From an uncultured Methanosarcinales archaeon (lineage in GTDB: Archaea > Nanobdellota > Nanobdellia > Woesearchaeales > DSVV01), in contig CAYVNO010000006.1 of assembly GCA_964452935.1 (NCBI GenBank), positions 5,574 to 69,573 of the forward strand: a DNA stretch of 64,000 nucleotides, in the 5' to 3' direction. The notes below the pieces were generated by a model. It was not told the origin of the DNA. It saw only the letters and a program-made list of their open reading frames with translations, and did no database searches. This document shows positions 8,780 through 19,072 of this stretch, piece after piece (within the stretch, counting starts at the first letter, position 1; the number at the start of each line of letters is the position of its first letter). Both the position numbers and the translations under genes were made by a program.

Positions 8780-11158
8780 TTAAATTACATTCCCGACCCT
8801 ATAAATTAAAACAGTATCTGATTCATAGAACAGATGCAGATCCAAAAGCTCAACATATTCTTTAATGGGCCGCTCCGCTCCTTCAAACATGATATATGCT
8901 ACGTTGTTTTTTATCACATATTCTCTTAAAAACTCAACCTTTTCTTGCTTTTCTGATAAGGGGACTATTTGAGTGTTATTATAAATAAACTTAAAGAAAT
9001 CATTAGTATATGTGTAAAAGTTTTCTGTACTAAAATACCTAAAATAGTCATATCCTATTAAATCTTCATATTCAGGAACACCCGAGTTATTAAATAACAT
9101 ATTGACTTCTTCAATTCTGTCTTCCATACCAGTGATTATGAGGTAAAAATATATATTGTTTAAACTACGGTTCTTGTAATCTTTTTCTGCAAGTACACTT
9201 TTATACTTGTGTTGTTCAATCAACGCACTTTTTTGCGAAAGTGCACTTCTTATAAATCCATGAGATTTCCAAGATGAAGAAGGTTTATTCTCCACTGTTT
9301 CATATAACTTACTAAACAAAAGCACATCATTTTTGTTTGTATGGGAGAGTTCATTAAGACCATTTATAAGATCATATGGATAAAAAAAGCCTTCAAAATC
9401 CACAATTTTACGAATATTATGGTTATTATTAAGTTGGATATTAACTATATCAAGAGATGATTTAATCAATGTAAGTTTCACATTTGCAACTCTATTAACA
9501 GGATCATAATTAAGATCATACGTCTTATCAGATGGGGCAATGTAATAAATACCACCTATTAAACTAAAGTTGATTAAACTGAACAGGGCCAAAAAAATCA
9601 CAAATTTTTTGGCAAACCTGTGTTTTAATATGTATGTATAAGCAAGTAATGAAAGAATGATACATCCAGGATAAATAAATTGGAATTGATCTAATTCTGC
9701 CAGTTCAACAAAAAAGAGTAGAAAAAAATAACTAACCCCAATTATAGATAGAAAATAAGTAGTAGAATTTATTACAAACAGCTTTTTTTTGAATATTGAT
9801 GATATTAAATCACGCACAAGAGGATATAAACAAAAAAGACCTATTCCAAAATACAATACTACTTGTATAACAAATGAGAGTATGGCACTAGGAATCAAAT
9901 ATTCTGGAACAAGATAAGTAAATGACTTTAAATAACCTGGAAAGATTACCCACAATGTTTGTTTATGTGCTCCAAACACAAAGATAACCAAATACATCAC
10001 ACCAGGAGCCAAAACTAATGATTGTTTTAAAACTTTTTTAATATCTCTATCTTTAATAAATTCTAAAGCATACATAAGTGAATAAGCAACAAATATGGGA
10101 ACAAAGAATGTAGCTTTGATCATAGCTATTCCTGTAATTATAATTGCCTCTAATAATAAATTCCTCTTCTTCTCTTTTATCAAAAAGAATAAACCAACTA
10201 CAAATAAGATTGCAAGTCCAAAACTCCCCATATAAGTAATGCTGTGGAGAAAAAAGGGTGGTTGGGGGATTGAAGTAATTCTAAAGATTATATCTGGCCA
10301 TGCAACATTAGTAAGTGCTTTTATAAGATATCTTAACTTATCAATATGTATATTCAGACTTGAAAAAAGAATGGCAAACATAAATATTATTCTATAATAA
10401 TTATTTTTTATAGTCCTTGATACTTCGATCAAAAAAAGAATAAAAATAAACAAGAACATAGCAGGAATTAGTTTGTACACTAATGTTAATGGATCTACAC
10501 CAAAATTATTGGTTAATTGGTGTATAATTATGGGGTATCCAAAATGATACTTCATTATCTTCCCTGAATAAGACATATCATACACAGGAAACATTGACCC
10601 CAAACCATTGGAAATGCTTATCTCATATATCGGATGCGAGTCATCCTTAAAATAAATTCCATCTTCAGCATAATAGGAAAAATCAGATATTAAAAAGATA
10701 GAAAAAATAAGAAAGAACATCCCAACAGTAAATAAGATATCTTTATGAATATCAATCCGTTTAATTACATAAAAAGCTTTTGTATTATTAAGTATGAGCG
10801 AGATAGAACCAATAACAAAAAGTATAATTAATGAAACAAAACCCATTATGCTAAGATAATCTAAAAAAATAAAGAGTATTATGTTTAACGATATCCCAAC
10901 TAAAAGTGATATCAAAAGAATAATCAAGTAAGAAAATTCATAGTTATGTTTTTTGAGCATCAAAATAAAACCAAACCCACCAATAAGAAGAACCACAAAA
11001 TAAGCAATAAATGAAATAAAGCTAACTATTGAAGAAAATAGCGAATAAAAAACAAGAAGGAACAAAAGAAAAGAGATTATATTTAAATACATGACCCACT
11101 TATTATTTAATGTTTTATTATTTACTTCTTTGTTTATTATGGTATCAGCCATAGACAT
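8780..11158 (-). CDS. Large polytopic membrane protein (792 aa) with a C-terminal soluble domain; candidate GT-C type glycosyltransferase or polymerase
   Basis: About 500 aa of consecutive hydrophobic segments followed by about 250 aa of hydrophilic sequence. No WWDYG-type oligosaccharyltransferase motif seen. Function inferred from context only. Confidence 0.45.
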   Translation of the reverse strand: MSMADTIINKEVNNKTLNNKWVMYLNIISFLLFLLVFYSLFSSIVSFISFIAYFVVLLIGGFGFILMLKKHNYEFSYLIILLISLLVGISLNIILFIFLDYLSIMGFVSLIILFVIGSISLILNNTKAFYVIKRIDIHKDILFTVGMFFLIFSIFLISDFSYYAEDGIYFKDDSHPIYEISISNGLGSMFPVYDMSYSGKIMKYHFGYPIIIHQLTNNFGVDPLTLVYKLIPAMFLFIFILFLIEVSRTIKNNYYRIIFMFAILFSSLNIHIDKLRYLIKALTNVAWPDIIFRITSIPQPPFFLHSITYMGSFGLAILFVVGLFFLIKEKKRNLLLEAIIITGIAMIKATFFVPIFVAYSLMYALEFIKDRDIKKVLKQSLVLAPGVMYLVIFVFGAHKQTLWVIFPGYLKSFTYLVPEYLIPSAILSFVIQVVLYFGIGLFCLYPLVRDLISSIFKKKLFVINSTTYFLSIIGVSYFFLLFFVELAELDQFQFIYPGCIILSLLAYTYILKHRFAKKFVIFLALFSLINFSLIGGIYYIAPSDKTYDLNYDPVNRVANVKLTLIKSSLDIVNIQLNNNHNIRKIVDFEGFFYPYDLINGLNELSHTNKNDVLLFSKLYETVENKPSSSWKSHGFIRSALSQKSALIEQHKYKSVLAEKDYKNRSLNNIYFYLIITGMEDRIEEVNMLFNNSGVPEYEDLIGYDYFRYFSTENFYTYTNDFFKFIYNNTQIVPLSEKQEKVEFLREYVIKNNVAYIMFEGAERPIKEYVELLDLHLFYESDTVLIYRVGNVI

Positions 11159-13110
11159 TAATCCTCATTAGTAACTTTCCTAGCAATTAGTGAGAATGAT
11201 AACTTGTTAATTCCATCAAAAAAACAGTCACTGGTTTCATCGTTCTCAATTAATGTATTAAAAACTCTCAAGAAATATGATCCTTCGAGGTTCTCAAATT
11301 TAATCATAGGTACAGAATATGTTTCAGATTTATCTGTTGTCAATATAATTTCTTTATTTTTATCCCCAATAACTAATTCTCCATTAGTTGAACCCAAACA
11401 ACTTCGTGCGGAAAACCTAAAGTCAACAGGAGAAGCTTGATCAAAACTCTTTCCAAATACGTATCTTTCTTTTTTAAGTCCACCATTAACTATGCTATAA
11501 GATAAGTTATTTTTATCAAATGTTTCAGGGTTTATTGTATAAATCATTGTTCTAAGGAATGTTGTTCTTACCTCTCTCTTTAAATCAAGAATAAGTTCTA
11601 CATCAAGCTTTGACTCATTTTTATAAATTATATATCTCTTTGTAATTAACCCTAAGCTTCCTAGATTTACTTCACATTCTGCTCTAATGAAATTATCAAA
11701 TTCTTTTGCTTTGATAATTGTTTTAGAAAGATCTGTTATCTGTTTCTTTCCATCAAAAACAAGGGTGTGACCTGAAAAGAAGTCCATTGCATACTCTATG
11801 TCTTCATAATATCCATGGGGAATTGTCTTTATAATCGGTTTTTCACAAATTTCTTTAAATTTTAGCTCTTTTATTGTGCCTCCTTTCTTCTCACATAATT
11901 TTAAGATAACCATTTTTGTTTCAATTGTATTATCTTTCAACTCTAAATCTTCAGAAGGCATATTATCTATTTCTATTGTTTTTGTTTTACTTTTTAACTC
12001 TCTTATGAATAATTTCAAATCGGCCCTAAACTTATTCCACTTAACCTCCTCTGTATGCGTACGAAAATCACTTGCCCAAAACTCAACAAGTTTCCCCCAG
12101 TCTTCTTCATTAGATGCCTCATCTTTTTTTAGATTTAACAATAAATGGTATGCTTTATAGCACATGGAGTTGCTTTCATAATTATTTTTTCCACAAACTG
12201 CCCATCTCAAGACATTGTATTTCTCTTGCTTTTTTGTAATTATAGGTGCTTCAGCTGAGCCAACATCATAATCTTGATCCAAATAACACTTTTTGATTGA
12301 GTCCGAGGGAAGAATAAACCCAATATCTTTCTCTTCCTTTAATTTTTCAAATGCTAATTTTATCTTTTCCATCTCCTTCTCTTTCACATCACCTGAATGA
12401 AGTGTTTTTGGATCTCTAGGACGGAAATCAAACACCTCCATATCATTACCATATAACATCATCACTCTATCTTCCTCAATAGACATATTGGATTTAACAA
12501 ACTCAATATATTCCTTCAGGTCAATATCACCATATACATATCTCTGAAGTTTCTGAAAAAATATTGAGTTATTCCAGATAACCTTAATCCTTTCATCACC
12601 AACACCTTTGATACTGGTTGTTGAAAACTTACACTCACTTAAGGCTCTGTTATGTCTTACAGAATTTACCCAATCAATAATCAATGATTCATACCCAGAT
12701 TTATTGTAAATTTCTACAAGTCCTTTTGAATAAACTTGCTCATTAACAAAAGCTGTCTTTGGTTTTACACCTAAAATTTTCTCATAAACTCCATTTCCCA
12801 TCTCAAGATTTTTTATATTAACTTCTGCAGGAATTAAAGGAAAAATACTCTGTACATACCCAGAACCAATAAATTCTACTTTTCCTTCTTCAATTAATTG
12901 TTTTATCTTACCTATCAGTGTAGGATCTAACTCTTTAATTATCTCTAGTGTTTTCCCAGGAAATTCTAAGCCTATTTTAATGTCTAATTCGCCAACTAAC
13001 CTAATGATCGGCCAATAACATTTTTCAATAACTTCTTTATACTTGCTTTCCGGAATACTAGAATACCCAAGATTTCCGTGAAAACAAGTCGTTAAATATA
13101 ATTTTGCCAT
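11158..13110 (-). CDS. GH57-like glycoside hydrolase family protein
   Basis: The N-terminal pattern LYLTTCFHGNLGYSSIP ... EFPGKTLE ... GKVEFIGSGYVQSIFPLIP resembles the GH57 catalytic domain. Start codon shares one nt with the downstream gene. Confidence 0.45.
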   Translation of the reverse strand: MAKLYLTTCFHGNLGYSSIPESKYKEVIEKCYWPIIRLVGELDIKIGLEFPGKTLEIIKELDPTLIGKIKQLIEEGKVEFIGSGYVQSIFPLIPAEVNIKNLEMGNGVYEKILGVKPKTAFVNEQVYSKGLVEIYNKSGYESLIIDWVNSVRHNRALSECKFSTTSIKGVGDERIKVIWNNSIFFQKLQRYVYGDIDLKEYIEFVKSNMSIEEDRVMMLYGNDMEVFDFRPRDPKTLHSGDVKEKEMEKIKLAFEKLKEEKDIGFILPSDSIKKCYLDQDYDVGSAEAPIITKKQEKYNVLRWAVCGKNNYESNSMCYKAYHLLLNLKKDEASNEEDWGKLVEFWASDFRTHTEEVKWNKFRADLKLFIRELKSKTKTIEIDNMPSEDLELKDNTIETKMVILKLCEKKGGTIKELKFKEICEKPIIKTIPHGYYEDIEYAMDFFSGHTLVFDGKKQITDLSKTIIKAKEFDNFIRAECEVNLGSLGLITKRYIIYKNESKLDVELILDLKREVRTTFLRTMIYTINPETFDKNNLSYSIVNGGLKKERYVFGKSFDQASPVDFRFSARSCLGSTNGELVIGDKNKEIILTTDKSETYSVPMIKFENLEGSYFLRVFNTLIENDETSDCFFDGINKLSFSLIARKVTNED

Positions 13111-13128
13111 TTTTCTTGTTCCAACTAA

Positions 13129-13917
13129 TCATAGATCATTTAACATCCATCTATAATCTGGGTGAGTGTTTATAAATAATACTCCTCTTTTTTCTCCAAC
13201 TAGAATCCAAAGGTAATATAGTTTGTAGCCTGGAGTAGCCACAACAGGATGATATCCTTTAGGGATTAAAACAGTTGTATTGTTTTCTATAACTAACGCT
13301 TCATCTAACTCTTTATCAAAAGAATAAACTCTTTGAAGACCAAAGCCATTTTCAGGGTATATTTTAAAAAAATACACTTCATCCATCTTGACCTCTTCTT
13401 CTCCTTTGTTCTCATCATGTTTATGTGGGGGATAACTTGACCAATTCCCAGAAGGATTTATTGTTTCTCCAACACAAATACTTTCTGCATCTACATTTTC
13501 ATATATAATATCCTGGACTTTTCTTCTAAAATTATCTTTTCCAACGTCCCTAACTCTAACACTTTCTTGGGCAACAAACTGAACCTCTTTTTTTTGTTTT
13601 GCCTCTGTCTGACAAACAGCCACTTCCGAATTCTGCAAAAACAAGACAGTAAATTTTGAATCAATTGGAACATACAACGCAGTAGCTTTTTCATCAAAAA
13701 CATTTTTCCTTTTTAGTTCATATTCTTTAGAATCAACAGTAACTTTAACATGCCCACTTAATATAATCAAAGCAGTTTCATTATTTCTTGTACCAATCGA
13801 ATGAGACTCTCCTTCTTTTCCCGACAGTATCCCAAAACAAATATTTTTCATATCTTCGGAGCTAACAATCCCATTATAACCACTAATTATCTCATTTTTC
13901 TTGAGCAAGTTTATCAT
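13129..13917 (-). CDS. KduI/IolB family cupin (5-deoxy-glucuronate isomerase-like)
   Basis: GNWSSYPPHKHD motif characteristic of IolB-type cupins. Confidence 0.6.
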   Translation of the reverse strand: MINLLKKNEIISGYNGIVSSEDMKNICFGILSGKEGESHSIGTRNNETALIILSGHVKVTVDSKEYELKRKNVFDEKATALYVPIDSKFTVLFLQNSEVAVCQTEAKQKKEVQFVAQESVRVRDVGKDNFRRKVQDIIYENVDAESICVGETINPSGNWSSYPPHKHDENKGEEEVKMDEVYFFKIYPENGFGLQRVYSFDKELDEALVIENNTTVLIPKGYHPVVATPGYKLYYLWILVGEKRGVLFINTHPDYRWMLNDL

Positions 13918-15269
13918 TCTAAATCACCACAAATCTCACTAAAAGCTTTATTTAGAACCTCAAGTCCCTCTTGTATGGCTTCTTTAGTTATAATCAGTGG
14001 AGGGCATATTTTTATCGTAGCTCCCCCAAAACCTACTGGGGAAAACATCAACAAACCATTCTCAAAACAATTAAATACTATTTTCTTAGCTGTTGCTCCA
14101 TCAGATTCTTCACTATTAATTTTGGTAATATGTAATCCATAAACTAACCCCTTGCCATGTAAAGCACTGACAATCGAAGGATATTTTTCTTTTATTCTTC
14201 TTAGTCCTTCATAAAGAATATGGCCATTAATCTCTGCTTTTTCTACAATTCCCTCTTTTTTCATTAATTTAATATTAGCCAACGCACTTGCACAGCAAAT
14301 TGGATTTCCTCCATGTGTACTAGTCATCTCTCCAGGACCATAAAGATCCATAATCTCGCTTTTTCCAACAACTGCAGAGAGCGGCAAAGCACTACTTATG
14401 CCTTTCCCACAACAAACAATATCCGGAATAACATCATAATGTTCGAATGCAAACATCTTTCCTGTTCTCCCAAAACCAGATTGAACCTCGTCTACAATAA
14501 ACAGAACTTCATTCTCGTCACACCACCTTTTTAAGCTTTGAACATACTCTTTTGGTGCAAAACTTGCTCCTCCTCCCTGATAGGGTTCCATCAATACAGC
14601 AATAATCTCTTCTTTGGGATTAATTCCCAACTCATTCATTCTTTCTAAAAAAACATCAAAGCCTGTTTGTTTATATCTGAACCCATCTGGAAATGGTACT
14701 TGAAACATATCTTTGTCTAAATTAACTATCCACTCTTTTAGTGCAGGAATTCCTCCAACCATTTGTGCCCCCATTGTTCTCCCATGAAAGCCATTCTCAA
14801 AACTGATAATGCCAATCTTCTTCTTTCCATATTTCTTAATACCTTGTGTTCTTGCTAATTTTATTGCAACTTCAATTGCTTCTGAACCAGTTGTTAGAAT
14901 AAAAGATTTATTTAATTCATCAGGAAATAAACTTACTAACTCCTTTGCAAATTCAATCCGTGGTTTACAAGGAAAGCAATAATTATAAAGTAAATCATTC
15001 TCTAATTGCTCAATTATGGCTTTTTTTATCTCTTCAGCAGCATGTCCCGTATTTGCTACAAGAACACCAGAACTCCAATCAAGCCACATGTTACCGTGTA
15101 TATCATAAACTTGAAACCCTTTTGCACTATGCCAAACCACTGGGGGCTGACCACTCATTGATCTTGACTCATATTTATATGAGCTATCTAATAATTCCAT
15201 AGATTCCTTTGGAGGAATCTCTGTAACAATTTTCCTAAACTTTGTTTCTATTTTTTCCATGTAAATCAA
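13914..15269 (-). CDS. Class III PLP-dependent aminotransferase
   Basis: DEVQSGFGRTGKMFAFEH and the overall pattern of the acetylornithine/GABA aminotransferase family. Confidence 0.8.
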   Translation of the reverse strand: MIYMEKIETKFRKIVTEIPPKESMELLDSSYKYESRSMSGQPPVVWHSAKGFQVYDIHGNMWLDWSSGVLVANTGHAAEEIKKAIIEQLENDLLYNYCFPCKPRIEFAKELVSLFPDELNKSFILTTGSEAIEVAIKLARTQGIKKYGKKKIGIISFENGFHGRTMGAQMVGGIPALKEWIVNLDKDMFQVPFPDGFRYKQTGFDVFLERMNELGINPKEEIIAVLMEPYQGGGASFAPKEYVQSLKRWCDENEVLFIVDEVQSGFGRTGKMFAFEHYDVIPDIVCCGKGISSALPLSAVVGKSEIMDLYGPGEMTSTHGGNPICCASALANIKLMKKEGIVEKAEINGHILYEGLRRIKEKYPSIVSALHGKGLVYGLHITKINSEESDGATAKKIVFNCFENGLLMFSPVGFGGATIKICPPLIITKEAIQEGLEVLNKAFSEICGDLE

Positions 15270-15281
15270 CTTCCTATATCC

Positions 15282-16844
15282 TTATTTTTTGTATATTTTA
15301 TGTGGCATTAATTTCTGAACTAATTTAAACAATCTCCATTCAAAAGGAAGGTCATAAAACTGTCTTTTTACTCTGGCTTTTGCTAAAAAATGTAAAATTC
15401 TTAAAATATATTTGTACTTTCCTTTTTTCATATGGGATCTAACATTAGTCAATGTGCCCAAGACCATATCTGCAGGATATGCTAACGGCAAATAAAATAT
15501 TATGACTCTTTTAACAAGATCAACATATTTATCACTAATATACACTGTTGCCGGATTCTTATCTATAACATCAGGTACATACTTAGACCATTCTTCAAGT
15601 GATTTTGGTTCTTTAAATCCTTTTTCTAATGCATCATAATACATTGGTGTTGAAGGATATGGATCAAAAAAATACATTGGCAGTAAAATCTTTGGAAATA
15701 ACTCTTTTAATTGAGCTGCCAAATGAAATGATTCATACAAATCCTTCTTAGATTCATTTTTTGGCATACCAAACATAAAAAAGAAAGTCATCTCAATACC
15801 TGATTTATGAATCTTTCTTGCAGCTTTCATGATATCTGTAGCTTTGATATCTTTCTTCATATAATCCAATACTCTCTGAGATCCAGTCTCTGACCCAACA
15901 CCTAACCATACACAACCTGCTTCCTTTAGTAATGGAAGAACAGTGTCATCCCACCTAATCACTTGATCTACTCTGGGATCTGCTGTAAACCTGATGTTCA
16001 ATTTTCTTTTTATTATTTCCTGACATATCGCTTTGACTCTATCTACGCTCACAAAAAAATTAGAATCAATAAAAAAGAATGAATGAATATCATACTTTTT
16101 AACAAGATATTCCAACTGCTCTCCAACTGTTTCAGCTTTTAACATTGTTATCTGATGGCCATACACACTAGTACTAGCACAGTAAGCACACCTATACGGA
16201 CAACCATAAGCCGTCGTATAAGGTAACATTCTATTTTTCCTGTCTTGTACATCATTTGATATTCCCATGCCTTTATTACAACCATCTTGAATATATCTCT
16301 CTAAGTCTATTATATCATAGGCAGGTAAGGGGTAGTTATTCATATCAACAATTTTTCTATTAGGATTCTCAATAATCTTACCATTCTCCTTATATACTAT
16401 TCCAGGAATATCATTTAATGGTAACCTTTTTTCTATAGCATTAATCAGATCTAATATAGTTTGTAACCCAAGACCTTTTACAATAAAATCCACATAGGGA
16501 TTTTCTGCTGTTTGTTGAGAAGCTGTAGAAGCATGCCATCCTCCCCATATTGTTGGAACTTTTAGAACTTCCTTTGCAAATTTTGATATCCTTAACCCAC
16601 CAACAAGCTCATATCCTGTTTGGGCAGATACACCAACAGCAATAATATCTTTCTTAATGGATAACATCTTCTTTTCAATGTTTTCATCAAACTTTTCATC
16701 AAAAACAACTACATTATATCCTTCTTTAATCAAAGGAGAAGCTATTGCTAGCAAACCCAACGGAACATGTGCAGGTTTAACCCTATCATTACGAGAACCT
16801 CTCGAATATGCTCTTCCTTTAAACAAAACAACAGTTTTACTCAT
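15282..16844 (-). CDS. B12-binding-domain (class B) radical SAM enzyme
   Basis: N-terminal Rossmann-like B12-binding region and YGCPYRCAYCAS (CxxxCxxC). Confidence 0.8.
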   Translation of the reverse strand: MSKTVVLFKGRAYSRGSRNDRVKPAHVPLGLLAIASPLIKEGYNVVVFDEKFDENIEKKMLSIKKDIIAVGVSAQTGYELVGGLRISKFAKEVLKVPTIWGGWHASTASQQTAENPYVDFIVKGLGLQTILDLINAIEKRLPLNDIPGIVYKENGKIIENPNRKIVDMNNYPLPAYDIIDLERYIQDGCNKGMGISNDVQDRKNRMLPYTTAYGCPYRCAYCASTSVYGHQITMLKAETVGEQLEYLVKKYDIHSFFFIDSNFFVSVDRVKAICQEIIKRKLNIRFTADPRVDQVIRWDDTVLPLLKEAGCVWLGVGSETGSQRVLDYMKKDIKATDIMKAARKIHKSGIEMTFFFMFGMPKNESKKDLYESFHLAAQLKELFPKILLPMYFFDPYPSTPMYYDALEKGFKEPKSLEEWSKYVPDVIDKNPATVYISDKYVDLVKRVIIFYLPLAYPADMVLGTLTNVRSHMKKGKYKYILRILHFLAKARVKRQFYDLPFEWRLFKLVQKLMPHKIYKK

Positions 16845-17760
16845 TTTTTAACCTAGCCCCAGGTCTCTTAAAATATTCATCTGCTCTAAAAATTTCACCT
16901 TCTACATCTATCTCTTCTATGCAAATAACATTATCTTTTGTCTTCACTAGAACACCTTTATTTTTTAACACAGATACAATGTGACCTGGAATTTCTAAAT
17001 AATCATCACACCCAAACATTGAAGCTTTCCATATTATCACTTTTTTCCCTTTATGATATGTAAACGCACCAGGATATGGTTTTACTAACGCCCTAACCAG
17101 ATTAAAAACATACCTAGAATTTTTACTCCAATCAATAAGACCATCTTCTGGTTTTCTTTGTTGAATAAATATTGATTTTCTTAAATCTTGTTTAATTCTG
17201 AGTGCAGTTCCATCCTCTATTTTTCCTAATACTTCACATATAGAATTTGCCAAATCATTATTTAACTTACTGTACAACGAGTTTATATCGTCTTCTTCTT
17301 TTACCTCTATTTTTTGTTGAAAAATAATATCTCCAGCATCTACTTCCTCAGTCATCCAATAGATGGTATAACCAACATATTTTTCATCATTAATAATGGC
17401 CCATTGGGTAGAATGCATTCCCCTATATCTAGGAAGTAAAGAATAATGAACATTTATGAATCTAAACTTTTCCAAATAGGATGAGGGAATTATATCTCTA
17501 TAATTATTCAAAATAACAAGATCTGGTTTTATTTGATTCAATACATCTAACTCTGTTGGTGGATACACAGGAATTCCATTCTCTTTTGCAATCCTGATCA
17601 CACCTTCAGAGGTTGAAGCTTTTGAAGGAATATTTTTTGGTACATTTGAGTGAATAACTGCTTCCACTTTAAATTTCTTTATTACTTCCTTTAGAGATGG
17701 TTCTGAAGGATGACCTGAACCAAGGTATACAATTCTCATCTTGTCAAAATTATCATGCAC
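16837..17760 (-). CDS. Formyltransferase (Fmt/ArnA-N-like, probable sugar N-formyltransferase)
   Basis: NVHYSLLPRYRGMHSTQWAI matches the HxSLLPxxRG formyltransferase motif. C-terminal Fmt-like domain. Confidence 0.8.
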   Translation of the reverse strand: MHDNFDKMRIVYLGSGHPSEPSLKEVIKKFKVEAVIHSNVPKNIPSKASTSEGVIRIAKENGIPVYPPTELDVLNQIKPDLVILNNYRDIIPSSYLEKFRFINVHYSLLPRYRGMHSTQWAIINDEKYVGYTIYWMTEEVDAGDIIFQQKIEVKEEDDINSLYSKLNNDLANSICEVLGKIEDGTALRIKQDLRKSIFIQQRKPEDGLIDWSKNSRYVFNLVRALVKPYPGAFTYHKGKKVIIWKASMFGCDDYLEIPGHIVSVLKNKGVLVKTKDNVICIEEIDVEGEIFRADEYFKRPGARLKNE

Positions 17761-17776
17761 CTTTTAAACACCTCAC

Positions 17777-19042
17777 CTACTCTAACTCCTCAACTTCTAA
17801 ATTTATTGACTTTATTGCCTTTTCAGCTATAGATACTGCTTCTTCCTTTGTTTCTGCATGTGTCATAACACAACCAACCCTTTCTCCATGGGATGTAGGA
17901 ATTTTAACCTCTGTCCCAACATCCATATTTTCATACGCAGGTTCCCAATTAAAAAAATGTACTCCTTCCATCTGCTTAACTTTTTCTAAACCACTTATTG
18001 ATCTAACTTTCCCAAATCTCTTTGGGAATAAATACCTTAATGCAACTCCATGATTGAACTTAGGTTTTAACAAATCTAAGTCTGGTTTTTCACCTACAAC
18101 TGCATCTAGCAACACACTTAAAATATCAGTTCCATTATGGAGTGGAACAGTTTCCCAACAAAAATAATCCCCACTAAGTCTAGAAGCCATTTCTAAAATT
18201 TTAGGACCATCTTCATTGATAAAAATATCTCCCTTTGCCGGTCCAAAACTTATTCCAAGTGCTTTAATAGCTTTCTCAACTTCTTTCATTGTTTTATCAT
18301 ACATCTCATTAGATAAACTAGTTGGTAAGGTATCACCATCCTCTAAAAAATAAGGGGGATGAATCTCTTTTTTATCATAGTTTCTATCAGAAAATCCAGT
18401 AGTATATATCTTTCCATCTAACACTATTGATTCAGAACTATGTTCAGTGCCGCCAGTTAAAAACTCTTCGATTAAATATGAATTCTCCTTAGAATACTTA
18501 TCAATCTCCATCATTGCAGAATCTACCTGATCCATGCTAGATATCTTTTGAACACCTCTTGCACCAGCGCTGTCTACAGGTTTAATAACAACAGGTAGAT
18601 TTAACTCTTTTATCGCTGAAATAACTTCTTCCTTATTTGTAGCATGACGAAACTCAGGAATAGAAACTCCACATTCCTTTAATTTTTCATACCTTTTTAA
18701 TTTATTTGTTGTAACTAACGCAGTCTCTTTACCGACAGCAGGCAAACCCAATTCCTCAGCAACCGCAGCAATAGTTTGAGAAACTTCTGCTGCCATTGTT
18801 GTTACACCATGAATACCAATCTCATCATTCAATCTTTTAGCTAAGTTCACTACAGCAGGAATATCTCTAGTACTAATTGTGTGTGAATAATCCGCATACT
18901 TAAAACCAACTGCCTTCGGATTAAAATCTGTTACAATGACTCCTAAACCTTTATTTTTAGCTAATTTTATTAAAGGTAGCTGATTAATACCTGCTCCAAT
19001 TATTAAAATATTCTTCTTCAAATAAATCTCCCTCCAAAACAA
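17777..19042 (-). CDS. ATP-grasp domain carboxylate-amine ligase
   Basis: Domain order and the LPVVIKPVDSAGARGV and EEFL..G.E motifs are typical of ATP-grasp enzymes. Confidence 0.7.
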   Translation of the reverse strand: MFWREIYLKKNILIIGAGINQLPLIKLAKNKGLGVIVTDFNPKAVGFKYADYSHTISTRDIPAVVNLAKRLNDEIGIHGVTTMAAEVSQTIAAVAEELGLPAVGKETALVTTNKLKRYEKLKECGVSIPEFRHATNKEEVISAIKELNLPVVIKPVDSAGARGVQKISSMDQVDSAMMEIDKYSKENSYLIEEFLTGGTEHSSESIVLDGKIYTTGFSDRNYDKKEIHPPYFLEDGDTLPTSLSNEMYDKTMKEVEKAIKALGISFGPAKGDIFINEDGPKILEMASRLSGDYFCWETVPLHNGTDILSVLLDAVVGEKPDLDLLKPKFNHGVALRYLFPKRFGKVRSISGLEKVKQMEGVHFFNWEPAYENMDVGTEVKIPTSHGERVGCVMTHAETKEEAVSIAEKAIKSINLEVEELE

Positions 19043-19072
19043 TAAATAACATTACTTACATTTTGAATTTTG

